A DNA stretch of 64,000 bases from an uncultured Candidatus Binatia bacterium (lineage in GTDB: Bacteria > Desulfobacterota > Binatia > Bin18), in the NCBI GenBank assembly GCA_965214605.1, contig OZ243961.1:2528001-2592000 (forward strand), read 5' to 3'. The notes under the pieces were generated by a model. That model made no database searches and had not been told where the DNA came from. It saw only the letters and a list, made by a program, of their open reading frames with translations. The position numbers and the translations under genes were made by a program. This document shows positions 9,296 through 18,519 of this stretch, piece by piece (position 1 is the first letter of the stretch; the number at the start of each line of letters is the position of its first letter).

Positions 9296-11443
9296 ATGCC
9301 CCGCTCCCCCTTTGTCTGCTTCCTCAGTATGGTGTTCGTGGCGTGCCTGTTCGGCTCCACAACACAGGCCCAACCGCCTGAGCTGATCGCTGTTCCAACG
9401 AACGAGCTGATCACGGTTGACGGCGCCTTCAGCGAGGCAGTCTGGCAGTCGGCCCAGGCCATAGACACGCTACGTCAACGCGAGCCGGACGCCGGCGCTC
9501 CGGCGTCTGAGCGAACAGAGATACGCGTCCTGTACTCGCCCACCCGGCTCTACATTGGCATTACTTGCTTTGACTCGACCCCAGAGGCGATTGTGGTGTC
9601 TCGCTTTGATCGTGATGCCGCCCTTGACGCCGACGACCGGGTGAGTCTGCTGTTCGACACCTTTCACGACAGGCGCAATGCCTTTGTCTTTCAGATCAAC
9701 GCCGTGGGGGCCAGGTTTGACCAGATTATCTCTGATGAAGGACAAGATCTGAATCCGGACTGGAATGGGATCTGGTACGCCAAGACCCAGTTTACCACCC
9801 AGGGCTGGAATGCGGAGGTGGCGATTCCTTTTCAGACACTCAGCTTTGCGCCTCATCAAACCGTCTGGGGATTTAACGTCCAACGGGTGCTGAAGCGCAA
9901 TAACGAAGAGGCGGTGTGGGCCGGGTATCGGCAGAACCTAGACTTTTTTCGGGTATCGGAGGCCGGCCTGTTGACCGGCTTGGCCGCTGTCAGACAAGGG
10001 CTAGGCCTGGACGTGTCTCCGTTTCTGTCGACCATTCCCAGACGGGGAGCGACCAACTTCCAGCCAGGACTGAACGCCTTCTACAAGCTCACCCCGGGGC
10101 TAACCCTGAGTGTTACGCTGAACACCGACTTCGGGGAAACTGTGGTTGATGATTCCCAGATTAATCTGACCCGTTTCTCCCTGTTTTTTCCCGAGAAACG
10201 CCAGTTCTTCTTGGAGGATGCTGGAAATTTTGCGGTCGACGATCTGACCGGCACGTCTCGTCCCCTGGTCCTAATCCCCTTCTTCAGCCGGCGAATCGGC
10301 CTGGACCAGGACGGCAAGGCCGTCGATCTGCTAGGCGGCGTCAAGCTGAGCGGTCGGACCGGCCCCTATCGGGTAGGCCTCATGAGCGTCCAAGCTCAAA
10401 AGCGAGAGCCCGTCCCAGGTGAAAATTTCAGCGTCATCCGTCTCAAACGCGACCTGTTCACCAAATCCTCAATCGGCTTTATCGCCACCCGACGCACCCC
10501 CGAACGTGGATTGGCAACCGGCCTGGCCGGAGGCGATTTTCGCTATAGCACCTCGGAGCTAGGGGGGGAGAAAAATCTGTCGTGGTCGGCATTTTTTCTG
10601 AAGAGTTTTATTCCGGGAGCGACCAGAGACATGGCCTGGGGCACAGCGCTCAACATGCCTAACGACACCTGGGAGGTCTCGACCTCATATCACGAGGTGC
10701 AGGAAGATTTTGATGCCACAATGGGCTTTGTACGGCGCTCCGGCATTCGCCGCTTTCGCTGGTTTGTGCGTGCTGCGCCACGCCCGGGGCGCTGGGCCAC
10801 CCGCCAAGTCTCGTGCGGCTCAGGCGGCAGCTATTACGCTGACCCGCAGACCAACCAACTGCTGACCCGCTTTGTCGGCTTTCCCTGCTGGTGGCGCTTT
10901 GATAGCGGGGACGAGATCAGGGCCTTCACCTTTGCTTCCTTTCAACGCCTGGTCGAAGGGTTTGAGATTAGCGACGGGGTGACTATCGCCCCGGGCAGCT
11001 ATCACTACCGCCGCTACCGAACCGAATTCCAGAGCGCCGATAAGCGTCCGGTCGTCCTCTATCTCCGCTATGAGTGGGGAAGATTTTATAGCGGAAAACG
11101 AGACGACTGGACCGGACGGGTGGAGTTGCGGCCAGGCCCCTCTGTCTTCTTCAGCACGGAGTATCAGCAAAACGATCTCCGCTTGGCCGAGGGGAATTTT
11201 GTTGTTCGTTTGATCCGGACCCAGCTGAGTCTCGCGCTCAATCCCGACCTGTCGTGGTTCAGCTTGGTGCAGTATGACACGGTCTCGGATATGCTCAGTC
11301 TGAACAGTCAACTGCGCTGGATCATCGAACCCGGCAATGATTTCTATATCGTCTATAACCACAATTGGCACGCGCAGGCCGGCAGGTTCCAGTCCGCCCT
11401 GCGTGAGGGCCGGATTAAGGTTCGTTATACGTATCACTTCTAA
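9296..11443 (+). CDS. DUF5916 / CBM9-like domain outer-membrane protein, copy 1
   Basis: Signal peptide, N-terminal CBM9-like region (DTFHDRRNAF), NTDFGE...NLTRFSLFFPEKRQFFLE motif, beta-barrel C-terminus ending in Phe. Confidence 0.8.
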   Translation: MPRSPFVCFLSMVFVACLFGSTTQAQPPELIAVPTNELITVDGAFSEAVWQSAQAIDTLRQREPDAGAPASERTEIRVLYSPTRLYIGITCFDSTPEAIVVSRFDRDAALDADDRVSLLFDTFHDRRNAFVFQINAVGARFDQIISDEGQDLNPDWNGIWYAKTQFTTQGWNAEVAIPFQTLSFAPHQTVWGFNVQRVLKRNNEEAVWAGYRQNLDFFRVSEAGLLTGLAAVRQGLGLDVSPFLSTIPRRGATNFQPGLNAFYKLTPGLTLSVTLNTDFGETVVDDSQINLTRFSLFFPEKRQFFLEDAGNFAVDDLTGTSRPLVLIPFFSRRIGLDQDGKAVDLLGGVKLSGRTGPYRVGLMSVQAQKREPVPGENFSVIRLKRDLFTKSSIGFIATRRTPERGLATGLAGGDFRYSTSELGGEKNLSWSAFFLKSFIPGATRDMAWGTALNMPNDTWEVSTSYHEVQEDFDATMGFVRRSGIRRFRWFVRAAPRPGRWATRQVSCGSGGSYYADPQTNQLLTRFVGFPCWWRFDSGDEIRAFTFASFQRLVEGFEISDGVTIAPGSYHYRRYRTEFQSADKRPVVLYLRYEWGRFYSGKRDDWTGRVELRPGPSVFFSTEYQQNDLRLAEGNFVVRLIRTQLSLALNPDLSWFSLVQYDTVSDMLSLNSQLRWIIEPGNDFYIVYNHNWHAQAGRFQSALREGRIKVRYTYHF

Positions 11444-11540
11444 GCTACGGTCTCGTGTTGTCCGACTGCGTGATCTCGTCCCGCGTTCTCTCCGGGATTG
11501 CGATAGGCCATGGACACTGCGCAATGTCAAGGTGCGCCGG

Positions 11541-13676
11541 ATGAGAAGGTGGTGGCTGGTGCTAGTCGGTGCAGGATGCCTGTTCGCCACACCGGCATCC
11601 GCCGCACGCCCCTCCTTGGTCGCGGTTCCAACGACCGAGCCGATCACGGTTGACGGAGTCCTTGATGAGGACGCCTGGCAGCATGCCCAGACCATAGACA
11701 CGTTACGCCAACGGGAACCGCACGAGGGGCAAACAGCCTCCGAACCGACCCAGGTTCGGGTCGTGTACTCTCCGACCCATCTGTACGTTGGGGTACGCTG
11801 TCTTGACTCGGAGCCCCACGCCATTGTCGCCACCCGTTTTGATCGGGACGCTGACCTGGAGGCGGACGACCGGATCAGCCTGCTCCTTGATACGTTCCAC
11901 GACCGGCGTAACGCCTTTATTTTTCAGATTAACGCGGTTGGAGCTCGCTTTGATCAGATTATCTCGGATGAGGGACAGGACCGGAACCCACACTGGAACG
12001 GCATCTGGTATGCCCGCACGCGGATAACACAGCACGGCTGGACGGCCGAATTCTCGATCCCGTTTCAAACCCTGAACTTTAGCCCTCACCACTCGACCTG
12101 GGGCTTCAACGTTCAGCGCATCATCAAGCGGCGGAACGAAGAGGCAGTGTGGGCCGGCTACCGGCAAAACCTCAACTTTTTCCGGGTGTCGGAGGCTGGC
12201 ACCTTGACCGGACTAGGCGGCCTGTCGCAGGGGCTAGGAATCGACGTCGTCCCCTCGTGGTCACTGATACCGAGACGCAGGGCGACGAACTTCCAGCCGT
12301 CTCTTGACGTTTTTTCAAAGCTCACACCAAGCTTGACCCTCAGTCTGAGTCTCAATACCGACTTTGGCGAAACCGAGGTGGACGACGCTCAGGTTAACCT
12401 AACCCGTTTTTCGCTCTTTTTCCCCGAGAAACGCCAGTTCTTTTTGGAGGACGCCGGTAACTTTGCGGTCGATGGGCTGACCCCGACGTCCGGGCCGCTG
12501 GTCATTATTCCTTTTTTCAGTCGCCGAATTGGAATTTCCGACGATGGGAAAACCGTTGACGTGGTCGGCGGCGGAAAGCTCAGCGGCCGGACCGGGCCGT
12601 ATCGGATTGGCATGATGAGCGTACAGACCCAGAACCGTGGTCGGGTGCCGGGTGAGAATTTCAGTATCATCCGGGTCAAACGCGATATCCTGACCAAATC
12701 CTCAGTCGGGTTTATGGCCACCCGCCGGACCCCGGAACGGGGACCGGCAACGGGCCTGGCGGGTGGTGATTTTCGCTACAGTACCTCAGAGCTGGCAGGC
12801 GATAAGAATCTGGAGTTCTCCTCCTTTTTTTTACGCAGCTTCGTGCCGGGGACGACCAAAAACCAAGCCTGGGGGAACCAGATTAGCCTGCCCAACGATA
12901 CGTGGCACATTTTTGGCACCTACCGTGAGGTGCAAAAAGAGTTTGAGGCGACTATGGGCTTTGTGCCACGCACGGGCATCCGACGTTTCGGCTGGTTTGT
13001 GGAATACGCCCCGCGGCCCAAACTCTGGCAGACCCGCCAGGTCAGCTGCGCCTTTGACGGCAATTATTTTGCCGACCCGGATATGGGAACGCTGCTGACG
13101 CGGAACGTCAACTTTCCGTGTGAGTGGCGGTTTGAGAGCGGGGATGTCGTCCGTTTCCGAACGATTCAGACCTTTGAGCGCCTGCACGACACGTTTACCA
13201 TTAATGAGGGGGTGACGATCCCAGCGGGCGCCTATGTCTTTCGACGCCAACGGCTTGAGTTTGATAGCGCGGATAAACGCAAGGTAGGGGTCTTTGCCCG
13301 CTACCAGTGGGGACATTTTTTTAGCGGGCGGCGGGATGACTGGATCGGTCGGCTCACCTTTCGACCCGGCCCCTTCGTCTTTTTTAGCGGCGAGTACCAG
13401 CAGAACGATGTCCGCCTCCCGTGGGGCAGCTTTGTGGTGCGCTTAGTCCGGGCCCGTCTCAATCTGGCCCTCAACCCGGATGTGTCGTGGTTCGCCTTTG
13501 GGCAGTACGACACGGTTTCAGACACCCTGGGACTCAATACCCAGCTGCGTTGGATTATTGAGCCGGGCAACGAATTGTTTGTGACGTATAACCATAACTG
13601 GCTCATTCGTGACGGCGATATCCATGCCACGCTGCGCGAAGGGCGGATTAAGGTCCGCTATACGTATCGGTTCTGA
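11541..13676 (+). CDS. DUF5916 / CBM9-like domain outer-membrane protein, copy 2 (tandem paralog)
   Basis: Colinear with the upstream gene, same motifs; start placed at ATG 11541 before the signal peptide MRRWWLVLVG. Confidence 0.8.
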   Translation: MRRWWLVLVGAGCLFATPASAARPSLVAVPTTEPITVDGVLDEDAWQHAQTIDTLRQREPHEGQTASEPTQVRVVYSPTHLYVGVRCLDSEPHAIVATRFDRDADLEADDRISLLLDTFHDRRNAFIFQINAVGARFDQIISDEGQDRNPHWNGIWYARTRITQHGWTAEFSIPFQTLNFSPHHSTWGFNVQRIIKRRNEEAVWAGYRQNLNFFRVSEAGTLTGLGGLSQGLGIDVVPSWSLIPRRRATNFQPSLDVFSKLTPSLTLSLSLNTDFGETEVDDAQVNLTRFSLFFPEKRQFFLEDAGNFAVDGLTPTSGPLVIIPFFSRRIGISDDGKTVDVVGGGKLSGRTGPYRIGMMSVQTQNRGRVPGENFSIIRVKRDILTKSSVGFMATRRTPERGPATGLAGGDFRYSTSELAGDKNLEFSSFFLRSFVPGTTKNQAWGNQISLPNDTWHIFGTYREVQKEFEATMGFVPRTGIRRFGWFVEYAPRPKLWQTRQVSCAFDGNYFADPDMGTLLTRNVNFPCEWRFESGDVVRFRTIQTFERLHDTFTINEGVTIPAGAYVFRRQRLEFDSADKRKVGVFARYQWGHFFSGRRDDWIGRLTFRPGPFVFFSGEYQQNDVRLPWGSFVVRLVRARLNLALNPDVSWFAFGQYDTVSDTLGLNTQLRWIIEPGNELFVTYNHNWLIRDGDIHATLREGRIKVRYTYRF

Positions 13677-13789
13677 GGGGTCTTGGTCTTATCTTAAAGC
13701 GGTACCTCTCACCCTGCGTACGAGATCGCTACCCCGCGGCCAAGCCCCTCAGACACGAGTTGTCAGACCTGGGAGCACGGCCCCCGAAT

Positions 13790-16095
13790 ATCAAACGACC
13801 GCCGGGTTTCCATCCTGCGGTACCGCCTGCCTGCTCTCCTTCCAAAACCGATTCAGCCTGGAGCTCAGCGGCGCGGGTCCTAATATAACACCTGTCCATA
13901 CGCCATTGGGCGCAGTGGTCAGGCGCCAGGGCATAGCTGTATGGGTGCGGACACCCACCTCTGGATGTTCCAGTCGGGCAAAAAAGCCGCGCGCGTTCAG
14001 ATGTGGATATCGGCCAGATCTTTGCTGGTCATGGACGGAAAGGCCGCGACTCCCGCCGCCTGCAGCGTCTTAGTCACCTCCCACTTGTCTTGGTCATGCG
14101 TCCAGGCGGTCAGCAGCTCCTCTAAAGCGTCTTCGTTGACCTTACGGGCGGGTGCGGTCTGGAAACGTGCGTCGCTGGCCAGCTCAGGCTTAGCGATTGC
14201 CCGACACAGCGCCTGCCACTCGTCATCCGTGCCGCATGCAATGCTGACCCACTCGTCCTGTCCGACACACCGGAAACAATTATGGGGAGCCATGATCGGG
14301 TCGCGGTTACCGATGCGCGGTGGCTGGCGCTGATTCATAGCGTGGTCCATCCAGCCCTCAAAGACCAAGACCGCCATCGACTCCCACAGCGACACGTCAA
14401 TATACTGGCCTTGGCCGGTCCGCTTTTTGGCGACGAGAGCCGCAGCAATGGCCACTGCCGCGTTCAAACCGGCGTTGGGATCGCTGTAGGAAACGCCGAC
14501 TTCACTCGGTCCGCCGTCCGCATAGCCGGTCAGTGACGACAGCCCGGTCAGAGGAACGATCGCCGGACCACAGCCCATATGGTTCTTTTGGGGGCCGGTG
14601 TGTCCATAGCCCGAAATGGACGCCATGATGAGGCCGGGATTGACCTGCTTGTGATCTTCATAGCCGAGTCCCAAACGTTCCATGACGCCGGTAGCGTAAT
14701 TTTCGACCACCACGTCAGAGACTTTGATTAAGGCTTTGGCGATCGGTATGGCTTGCGGTTTGCTCAAATTGAGTAGGGTACTCTTTTTGCCCTGATGGCA
14801 CTGGTTGGCATAGCCGGAACGGTTCAGGCCGCGCTCCATACCGGTCGGATAGATCGGAACCCGCCGGCCTAGGTCTGGTCGGGTCTGAGACTCAACCCGA
14901 ATCACTTCGGCTCCGAGATGGGCGAGTTGCATAGCACAAAACGGCCCGGCCCAGCTAAAATCGACCACGCGAATCCCTGCAAGCGGCAGGTGGGGAGCGG
15001 CCGACGGGGGGGTGAGGACTGGGGGCGGGGGGATCTGTGGTTGTCCTGAAAACGATACGGCGGACCGAGATGGGTGAGGGGTTCCGGCTTTGGGGTGCGT
15101 TACCTCGACAAAGATATTTCTCTCCTGGAGCTGCTTTTGCTTGGGCAGCTGATCCATACAAAACAGATCCGCGGCTCCTGCCCGGCCTTGAACAGCTCCT
15201 CGACTGTCCAGCCCTGCATCCACTCGTCCAGATACGGCTTGAGCACGTCCCAGTTCTGAGCCCGCATAAACGGGTCTTGGAAAATCTCCCAACTTGCCCA
15301 CTCCGGGTTGCCCATTAGCTCGACCAGACGCAACCACTGATCTTGCTCAACCGTCACCACAAAAATCAGCCCATCCTGGCACGCAAACATACCCCACGGC
15401 GCGAGGAGCCGTCGACCTAGGCGTGAGGCGACCTGGCCCATATAGCTGTAGTAGACAAAGTTCTGTTCCAGGAAAGATGCGACATACTCTTGGACCGACA
15501 GACCGATGTGCCCTCCCTGTCCGGTCTCCAAGCTCTTGGCGTAGGCCGCCATGGACACCATCGCAGCGGTCAGCCCGGCCGGCAGATCAGCCTGATGGCC
15601 GGCCGCTTTGAGGGACGGTAAATCGGGCCGTTCTGACGTCCCCGGACTGAGCCACGCCCAGCCGCCGTGGGCGGTGGTGAGTTCGTAGGCCCGATAGTCC
15701 TTGGACGGGCCCGTTAGCCCGAACGGGGTAATAGAGCACATCACCAAGCGGGGGTTGAGCGGTCGAAAGGGCTCATGGGCAATCCCCAGCTCATTCATTC
15801 GGGGGGGCGGATAGTTGTGGATGAGAATATCGGTCTCGGCGATGAGGTCGATGGAGAGCAGGACGGTCCTGAACGAAATCCAGAGTCACACTCCGTTTGT
15901 TGGTATTCAGCGCCAGGAACGTTCCGCTTTTTTCCGCATCGGCAACACCGCGGGGGAAGGGCCCCGCCGGCGTGCGGGATCGCCACCGGGCTCTTCGATC
16001 TTTATGACCGCAGCGCCAAGATCGCCAATCAGCTTGCTCGCATAGGCCGCGGACACCATCTCGCCTAGCTCTAGCACCTGTATTCCCTCAAGCAT
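13790..16095 (-). pseudogene. double-domain CaiB/BaiF (family III) CoA-transferase, multiply frameshifted
   Basis: Fragments MLEGIQVLELG (to 16095), 15100-15798, 13997-15337 (LAGIRVVDFSW...) and a C-terminal HPEVG..MPWRL remnant lie in different frames; left boundary approximate. Confidence 0.8.
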
Positions 16096-16248
16096 GACAT
16101 GCTCCTCCTTGTGTGAAGATGCTAGGGTGTACATATTTTCGAGCTCCTCCTCAACTGTCCGACCGAGAACCGGACCGGCCCAATCAACAGAGGGACCTTC
16201 TCTTGACCAAGTCAGCCGGTCTGGTTAGGGTTTTGTCAGGAGGCAGCA

Positions 16249-17274
16249 ATGGCAGTCGATGTAGCAGTCCTCACAAATCAGCTTCAAGATTTCGTCGGAG
16301 CGCACTATGGGAAGGATGCCGAGGCCAGTCAGGTGGAGGTCATGCCCGGTCACGCCGGCCTCAGCTTTGGCTTTCGGATCGATTTCTCTCAAGATGGCCA
16401 GGCCCGCCATGAATCGCTAGTTATGCGCCTGCCGCCCAAAGGCGTGCGGCAGAGCGGCAATACGGATGTGCTGCGCCAGGTGCCGCTGCTGCACGCGCTC
16501 AAACGCCGCGGGGTGCCGGTGCCAACGGTACGCTGGTCGGGTGATGACCTGCGCTGGTTTGAGGTGCCGTACATCATGGTTGAGCGGCTCCCGGGCCGGA
16601 CTTTTAACGTCTGGGAGCCGGACGCGTCGTTTGACACTAGCCCATCAGCAGTGGCGGAGCTGTATTATCAGGCGGTCGATGCCCTCGTTCAGGTCCACAG
16701 CCTGGACTGGCAAACCGAGTTGGCAGGGTGGGAACAGCCGCGTTCCTTGGAGACTGAAATCCGTTTTTGGGACGCGATTTTGGCCAAAGCCGCAGAGCCG
16801 CAGTGGGTCAGCCAAGGGCAAGAAGTTCGAGAGCTGCTGCTGGCCAGCCAACCCCCCACGCCCCCCATGGGTCTCTTTCATGGAGACTTTCAGGGGACGA
16901 ATTTTCTGTTTGATGGAGACCGTCTTATTGCCCTGCTGGACTGGGAAATCTCGGGGATTAGTGGCCATCTCCTCGATGTTGGCTGGCTCCTAGTTTTTAC
17001 CGACCAGAAGAGTTGGGCGGCCGGCCATCGACCGATTGAGGCCGCGCCGTCCGCCCAAGACCTGATTGCCCGTTACGAAGACGGTATGCGCCGCAAGGTG
17101 CCGGATATTGGCTGGTATCAGGCGCTGGCCGGCTACCGCTTTGGCGTTATTAGCGGCTTTAACGTCATGCTCCATCGGCGCGGCAAACGCCACGACCCGG
17201 AATGGGAGGTGATTGCTCCCTCGGTCTCGTCGCTGTTCGGCCAGGCCAAGCGGCTGCTGATGCCGGCGGGATGA
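16249..17274 (+). CDS. aminoglycoside-phosphotransferase-like kinase (ACAD10/11 N-terminal type)
   Basis: LVMRLPP, HGDFQGTNFLF and LLDWE motifs. Confidence 0.85.
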   Translation: MAVDVAVLTNQLQDFVGAHYGKDAEASQVEVMPGHAGLSFGFRIDFSQDGQARHESLVMRLPPKGVRQSGNTDVLRQVPLLHALKRRGVPVPTVRWSGDDLRWFEVPYIMVERLPGRTFNVWEPDASFDTSPSAVAELYYQAVDALVQVHSLDWQTELAGWEQPRSLETEIRFWDAILAKAAEPQWVSQGQEVRELLLASQPPTPPMGLFHGDFQGTNFLFDGDRLIALLDWEISGISGHLLDVGWLLVFTDQKSWAAGHRPIEAAPSAQDLIARYEDGMRRKVPDIGWYQALAGYRFGVISGFNVMLHRRGKRHDPEWEVIAPSVSSLFGQAKRLLMPAG

Positions 17275-17342
17275 TGGACGACGGCTGAGACGGTCCCCGG
17301 ACCCGAAGAAGGCTAGCGCGCTCCGGCGACACGGCCACAGGG

Positions 17343-17945
17343 CTATTGAGCGACGGCCTCCTGCAAGCGCGCATAGCTGGCCGTAAACCCCTTGAGCGAA
17401 ACCTCTACCCGGACGACCTGTGCTCCGGTCGATTCGACCATCTTGGTGGCAAGGATCCGACCCGCTCTGAGCTGTCCCAGGATTGCCTCGTCGAGCAGTC
17501 CTCGGGCGAGGCAGCCTTCCGGGAGACAGGTCTGAAACGGCAGACTATAGCTCTTCCCTTCATCAATCTGCAGCACGATGCCTCTGTCCAGAAGGAGGCC
17601 GAAGGGGGTCAGAATGGTGATTTCAGCACCGCTTGCCTGGTGCGGTGCCAGTGTCACAGTCAAAAGTTGCTGGGTCTTTCCCGACTTCTCGTCATGCCAG
17701 CTGAGACGCTGCTCCATAGAACACCGCCGAACCTGTTGGCCGTCCTCGGTCTCGTGAAGCGCGCAGCGGGCCATCCAGTCGCCATAGGTCTCAAAAAATC
17801 GGCTTGGAACGGGGGCACTGGTCTGTGCCGCCACGGTCTCGACAAGGCGGCTGGCGGGCACGAGCAGCAGCGTCACCAACAGCAAACTGCTGTACGCAGC
17901 GGGCCGCTTGAACCTCGACCAGCAGCGCGTCGTCCGCCAAGTCAT
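17343..17945 (-). CDS. invasion-associated locus B (IalB) family protein
   Basis: YGDWMARC, TPFGLLLDRG, FQTCLPEGC and VSLKGFTASY motifs; start approximate. Confidence 0.8.
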   Translation of the reverse strand: MTWRTTRCWSRFKRPAAYSSLLLVTLLLVPASRLVETVAAQTSAPVPSRFFETYGDWMARCALHETEDGQQVRRCSMEQRLSWHDEKSGKTQQLLTVTLAPHQASGAEITILTPFGLLLDRGIVLQIDEGKSYSLPFQTCLPEGCLARGLLDEAILGQLRAGRILATKMVESTGAQVVRVEVSLKGFTASYARLQEAVAQ

Positions 17946-17982
17946 GCCCAGAGTCTCCACTGCTCGGCCCACGGACCACCAC

Positions 17983-18004
17983 AAAAAGGGGGCGAAGTGC
18001 CCCC
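17983..18004 (-). terminator. Rho-independent terminator downstream of the HU gene
   Basis: Minus strand reads GGGGGC-ACTTC-GCCCCC-TTTTT just after the HU stop codon. Confidence 0.7.
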
Positions 18005-18012
18005 CCCGATAT

Positions 18013-18360
18013 CTACGCTTTGGCAGCCGATTTTCTCGCCGCCCTTCTGGCGGTTGTGGCTTTTTTGGCAGCTGCTCTGGACGGGCCTAGACTCCCCTCT
18101 TTGAATGCCTTGGAAGGGGAGAAGGTAATTCTTTTACTGGCTCTCTTGCGAATAGGCTCGCCTGTCCGAGGGTTGCGATACGTCCGCGCCTTGACCGGCT
18201 TGAGGCTGAAGGTGCCCAGGTTTGGGATTCTCAGCTCTTTTTCTTTTTTGACGGTCTTGGTGATAAAGGTCACTAGAGCCGTCAGGTTCTCATCCGCTTG
18301 GCTACTAGGGATCCCACCCCAATCATCGGCCAACTTCTTCACCATATCTGCCTTCTTCAT
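18013..18360 (-). CDS. hup: HU family DNA-binding protein with Ala/Lys/Arg-rich tail
   Basis: MKKADMV, IPNLGTF, ARTYRNPRTGEPI and FSPSKAFKE motifs. Confidence 0.9.
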   Translation of the reverse strand: MKKADMVKKLADDWGGIPSSQADENLTALVTFITKTVKKEKELRIPNLGTFSLKPVKARTYRNPRTGEPIRKRASKRITFSPSKAFKEGSLGPSRAAAKKATTARRAARKSAAKA

Positions 18361-18519
18361 AACATCACTCTCCCTTCTCTACATCTCTCTCGTGAGAGGT
18401 TTATTGGTACGTATTGGGGTCTTTCCCCTGATGAACACGGTATTTTTTAGCCACCATGTCCAAAAAAATCAATAAATTCCGGGAATAATGAGAAAAAATA
18501 ATGAGAGAAGTCGGCGAGG

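Noticed and set aside
11337-11540. Extended N-terminus of the second DUF5916 gene
   Set aside because: Overlaps the upstream gene; the signal peptide and paralog alignment support a start at 11541
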